Assembly: GCA_965262115.1 (NCBI GenBank) | Contig: OZ253496.1 | Location: 992,001-1,056,000, forward strand | Direction of reading: 5' to 3' | From: Nitrospinales bacterium | Lineage (GTDB): Bacteria > Nitrospinota > Nitrospinia > Nitrospinales > VA-1 | DNA length: 64,000 nucleotides | Part shown: piece after piece, positions 61,717-64,000 of the stretch | How the letters are laid out: the number at the start of each line of letters is the position of its first letter | Position numbering within the stretch: position 1 is the first letter of the stretch | Made by a program: the position numbers and the translations under genes | Notes under the pieces: generated by a model | Database searches by the model: none | Seen by the model: only the letters and a program-made list of their open reading frames with translations | Told to the model about the DNA's origin: nothing

Positions 61717-62302
61717 AAAAACCAAGCCGTTTCACCGATTGGAAAAAAAAGCGGCCTCCTGCCGTTTATGTCCTTGCCTCGCAGATCAACCCGCTGTCTT
61801 GAGTTCCGCCAACGGTTCGTTGAACGCCAAAATCGTTTTTGTCGCGGAAGCACCCGGCAGGTTTGGCGCCGGGCGCACAGGCGTTCCGTTTCAGGGCGAC
61901 CGGTCCGGAGATAATTTTGAAATCCTGCTGAAACATATTGGGCTGACCCGGTCCGAGGTCTTTATCACCAACGCTGTTTTGTGCAATCCACTTGCAGATG
62001 GTAATAACCGCAGGCCTAATGCGAAAGAGATTAAAAACTGCTCAGCGTTTTTAAAAGAAACTCTTAGCATCATCCGTCCCAGAGTGGTGGTCACTCTTGG
62101 CACCGTTGCTCTTAACGCCCTCAACCTGATTCTCGGCACACGGTTCCAATTGAACCAGAAGGTTGCCCAACCGCTTGACACTGCAAATTTCATGTTACTC
62201 CCGATCTACCACCCCAGTCCACGTGTCACCAACTGGAGACGCCCCCTGGCGCAACAGAAAAAAGATTTCAAAAAAATACCGGCGAGCCGCCGGAGGCAAT
62301 GA
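61691..62302 (+). CDS. Uracil-DNA glycosylase family 4/5
   Basis: CRLC, VFVAEAPG, PFQG, ITNAVLCNP, VTLG and YHPS motifs. Confidence 0.88.
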   Translation: MKRITPSLEKTKPFHRLEKKAASCRLCPCLADQPAVLSSANGSLNAKIVFVAEAPGRFGAGRTGVPFQGDRSGDNFEILLKHIGLTRSEVFITNAVLCNPLADGNNRRPNAKEIKNCSAFLKETLSIIRPRVVVTLGTVALNALNLILGTRFQLNQKVAQPLDTANFMLLPIYHPSPRVTNWRRPLAQQKKDFKKIPASRRRQ

Positions 62303-62584
62303 GCACGTTATAATCTTCCGTAGCTGTGATGTCCTCTTCCTTAAACTTCATGCCCGGCAAGGGTACTTCGTGCCCCAGAGGGGTAATAGCCGATTGCCCA
62401 ACAAAGATTTCTCTCCGCTCAGGGAAAATCAGATAGGTGAAAAATCGTTTTTTTTGTTTTGTGGCTCGTGAGCATAGCGAGCGTCTGCCACCCCTTGCCC
62501 CTGCGGCGAACAGCTTGACAAGCCTGAAAACAGATTTTATGTATATAATGACCAAAGAAACTTTTATAAAAAGAAAGGTTTGCC

Positions 62585-62887
62585 ATGAATTATAACAATC
62601 CTTTTTCAGACCAAAATTTTTCCCGGGGTCATAAAACGCTGACATGGGGAACGTTTTTTTTCGGCGGGACTCTGTTTCTCCTTGCCGTTCTTATTTTTTC
62701 CTATCCCGCGCTGATCGCCTACTTCATTGCCGGGTTGATCCTTCTTGCCGGAATCTCCACACTGACTGTGGCCTGGAAACTCTGGCAGTTTCGAAAAAAT
62801 GTTTCCCATTTAAAGCAATGGGAAAAACCCGTTACTGAAAACGACAGGTATTGTACCCGCATCACCTATTTCAGGTGGCATGCGTGA
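62585..62887 (+). CDS. Two-TM hypothetical protein
   Basis: AAGG RBS; two hydrophobic helices. Confidence 0.65.
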   Translation: MNYNNPFSDQNFSRGHKTLTWGTFFFGGTLFLLAVLIFSYPALIAYFIAGLILLAGISTLTVAWKLWQFRKNVSHLKQWEKPVTENDRYCTRITYFRWHA

Positions 62888-63831
62888 TTTATGACCGAGC
62901 AAAAGGAATCGACAAAGACTGGAGCCGGATCACCCTCGGTTGTTGGCAGATTGCTCCCAGCGGAGGATGGGGAGACATCTGCCCTCCTGAAGACGCTGAA
63001 AGAGTCGTGCGTTCCGCCCTCGATCATGGCATCACCGCTTTCGATACCGCGGAAGGTTATGGCGATGGAGAATCGGAACGTAGGCTGGGCAAAGCCCTGG
63101 GTCCTAAAAAAGATTCCGTCATCATCATCTCTAAAATCTGGCCCGATGCCAAACTGACTCTTAAAGCCTATCAAAAATGCCTTGAAGATTCTCTTAAGGC
63201 TCTGGGTCGGGATTATGTCGACCTTTACCTGATCCATTGGCCGGGAAATTATTTCAACACCCGCGACAAAAGCGCCCGACTCGCCGAGTTCATGGACACA
63301 CTCAAAAAAAGCGGAAAGGCCACGACGGTAGGACTCTCAAATTTCCAGTCGAAGGATTTAGCCCTTCTGGGAAACAATCTCAAAACATTTTCCATGAACG
63401 AGGTTCCCTATAGCCTGTTAGACCGGGCCTATGAAGGAAAAACTTTGAACCCGTGCAAAAAGGCAGGCATCCCCTACATGGCCTTCTCGCCCACTGCGCA
63501 AGGACTACTGGCAAGACCGATGAGCCGGGAAGACCTCGAAATGCCCACCCGAAAACACCATTTTATCTATCAAAATTCAGTTTACCCGCACGCCAAAAAA
63601 GTATGGGAAACCGTGCGTGATATCGCCAAAGAGCTGGGCCGAAAACCGATTGAGGTGGCTCTGGCCTGGGTGCTCACCCGGGACAATATTTTCACCGCCA
63701 TCGTGGGCACCCGAAAATCCGAACAGGTTGCAGAGTTTGCGAAATCCGCCAAGCTGAAACTGAGTCCTAATCAGTTGCAACGCCTGACGGCAGCCAGCGA
63801 CAAATTTCCCATGGTCAAAAAGAGGCATTGA
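62884..63831 (+). CDS. Aldo/keto reductase
   Basis: LGCWQ, FDTAEGYG, ISK, VDLYLIHWP, GLSNF motifs; GTG start overlapping the upstream TGA. Confidence 0.9.
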   Translation: MIYDRAKGIDKDWSRITLGCWQIAPSGGWGDICPPEDAERVVRSALDHGITAFDTAEGYGDGESERRLGKALGPKKDSVIIISKIWPDAKLTLKAYQKCLEDSLKALGRDYVDLYLIHWPGNYFNTRDKSARLAEFMDTLKKSGKATTVGLSNFQSKDLALLGNNLKTFSMNEVPYSLLDRAYEGKTLNPCKKAGIPYMAFSPTAQGLLARPMSREDLEMPTRKHHFIYQNSVYPHAKKVWETVRDIAKELGRKPIEVALAWVLTRDNIFTAIVGTRKSEQVAEFAKSAKLKLSPNQLQRLTAASDKFPMVKKRH

Positions 63832-64000
63832 ATGAACGAGCATTGGGAAGAACCAAAGGAAGAAGACGGTCTGACTCTGGGTCCCGAAGAAGCCCTGCAA
63901 AGGGAGATCGAAAAGTGCAAAACCCTCAAGGTGGATCGCCTGCGCCTTCGGGACGAAATTGAAAAACTGAAAACCGAGAAGACCGACCTCACCCAGAAAA
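63832..64000 (+). CDS. Coiled-coil hypothetical protein (5' part, runs off the window)
   Basis: ATG immediately after the AKR stop; open to the window end. Confidence 0.55.
   Translation, partial: MNEHWEEPKEEDGLTLGPEEALQREIEKCKTLKVDRLRLRDEIEKLKTEKTDLTQK

Noticed and set aside
1..64000. CRISPR array, tRNA/rRNA, integron cassette array, reverse transcriptase/DGR
   Set aside because: No regularly spaced direct repeats, cloverleaf or rRNA sequence, integrase or RT gene was found by eye. The palindromes are dispersed, not arrayed.

Overview
Bacterial chromosomal window. The gene complement (Bacillus-type sdhCAB, short PheT, LRR and FGE-sulfatase proteins, one-step squalene synthase) suggests Nitrospinota, but this is inference, not a database result. 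The backbone is housekeeping: phnW-like, nuoN, recA-recX-pilD, accA, the pheT-zapB-zapA-6S RNA-ygfA-rny-lysS-lolC/E-lolD-lpxD cluster, rnr, gatCA, sdhCAB and ispH. Five features stand out. (1) A 4-kb AT-rich cassette with no integrase sits in the 3' end of a response-regulator/PP2C gene between 18-bp direct repeats. It encodes a large N6-adenine methyltransferase, with an out-of-frame T9 tract near its start, plus a separate PD-(D/E)XK nuclease. (2) A DUF559 nuclease gene lies between ~30-bp inverted palindromic repeats whose solo copies are scattered across the window, an arrangement resembling REP/RAYT systems. (3) A second modular ~57-bp REPIN-like repeat family occurs at gene boundaries. 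(4) A frameshifted autotransporter has an AT-rich Ig passenger between GC-rich signal and barrel segments, with an internally deleted IS5 just upstream. (5) About ten broken genes or remnants (dtd, MBL hydrolase, MCP, comEC, RR-PP2C and others), many not visible in the ORF track, suggest ongoing genome erosion. No CRISPR array, rRNA or tRNA was seen.
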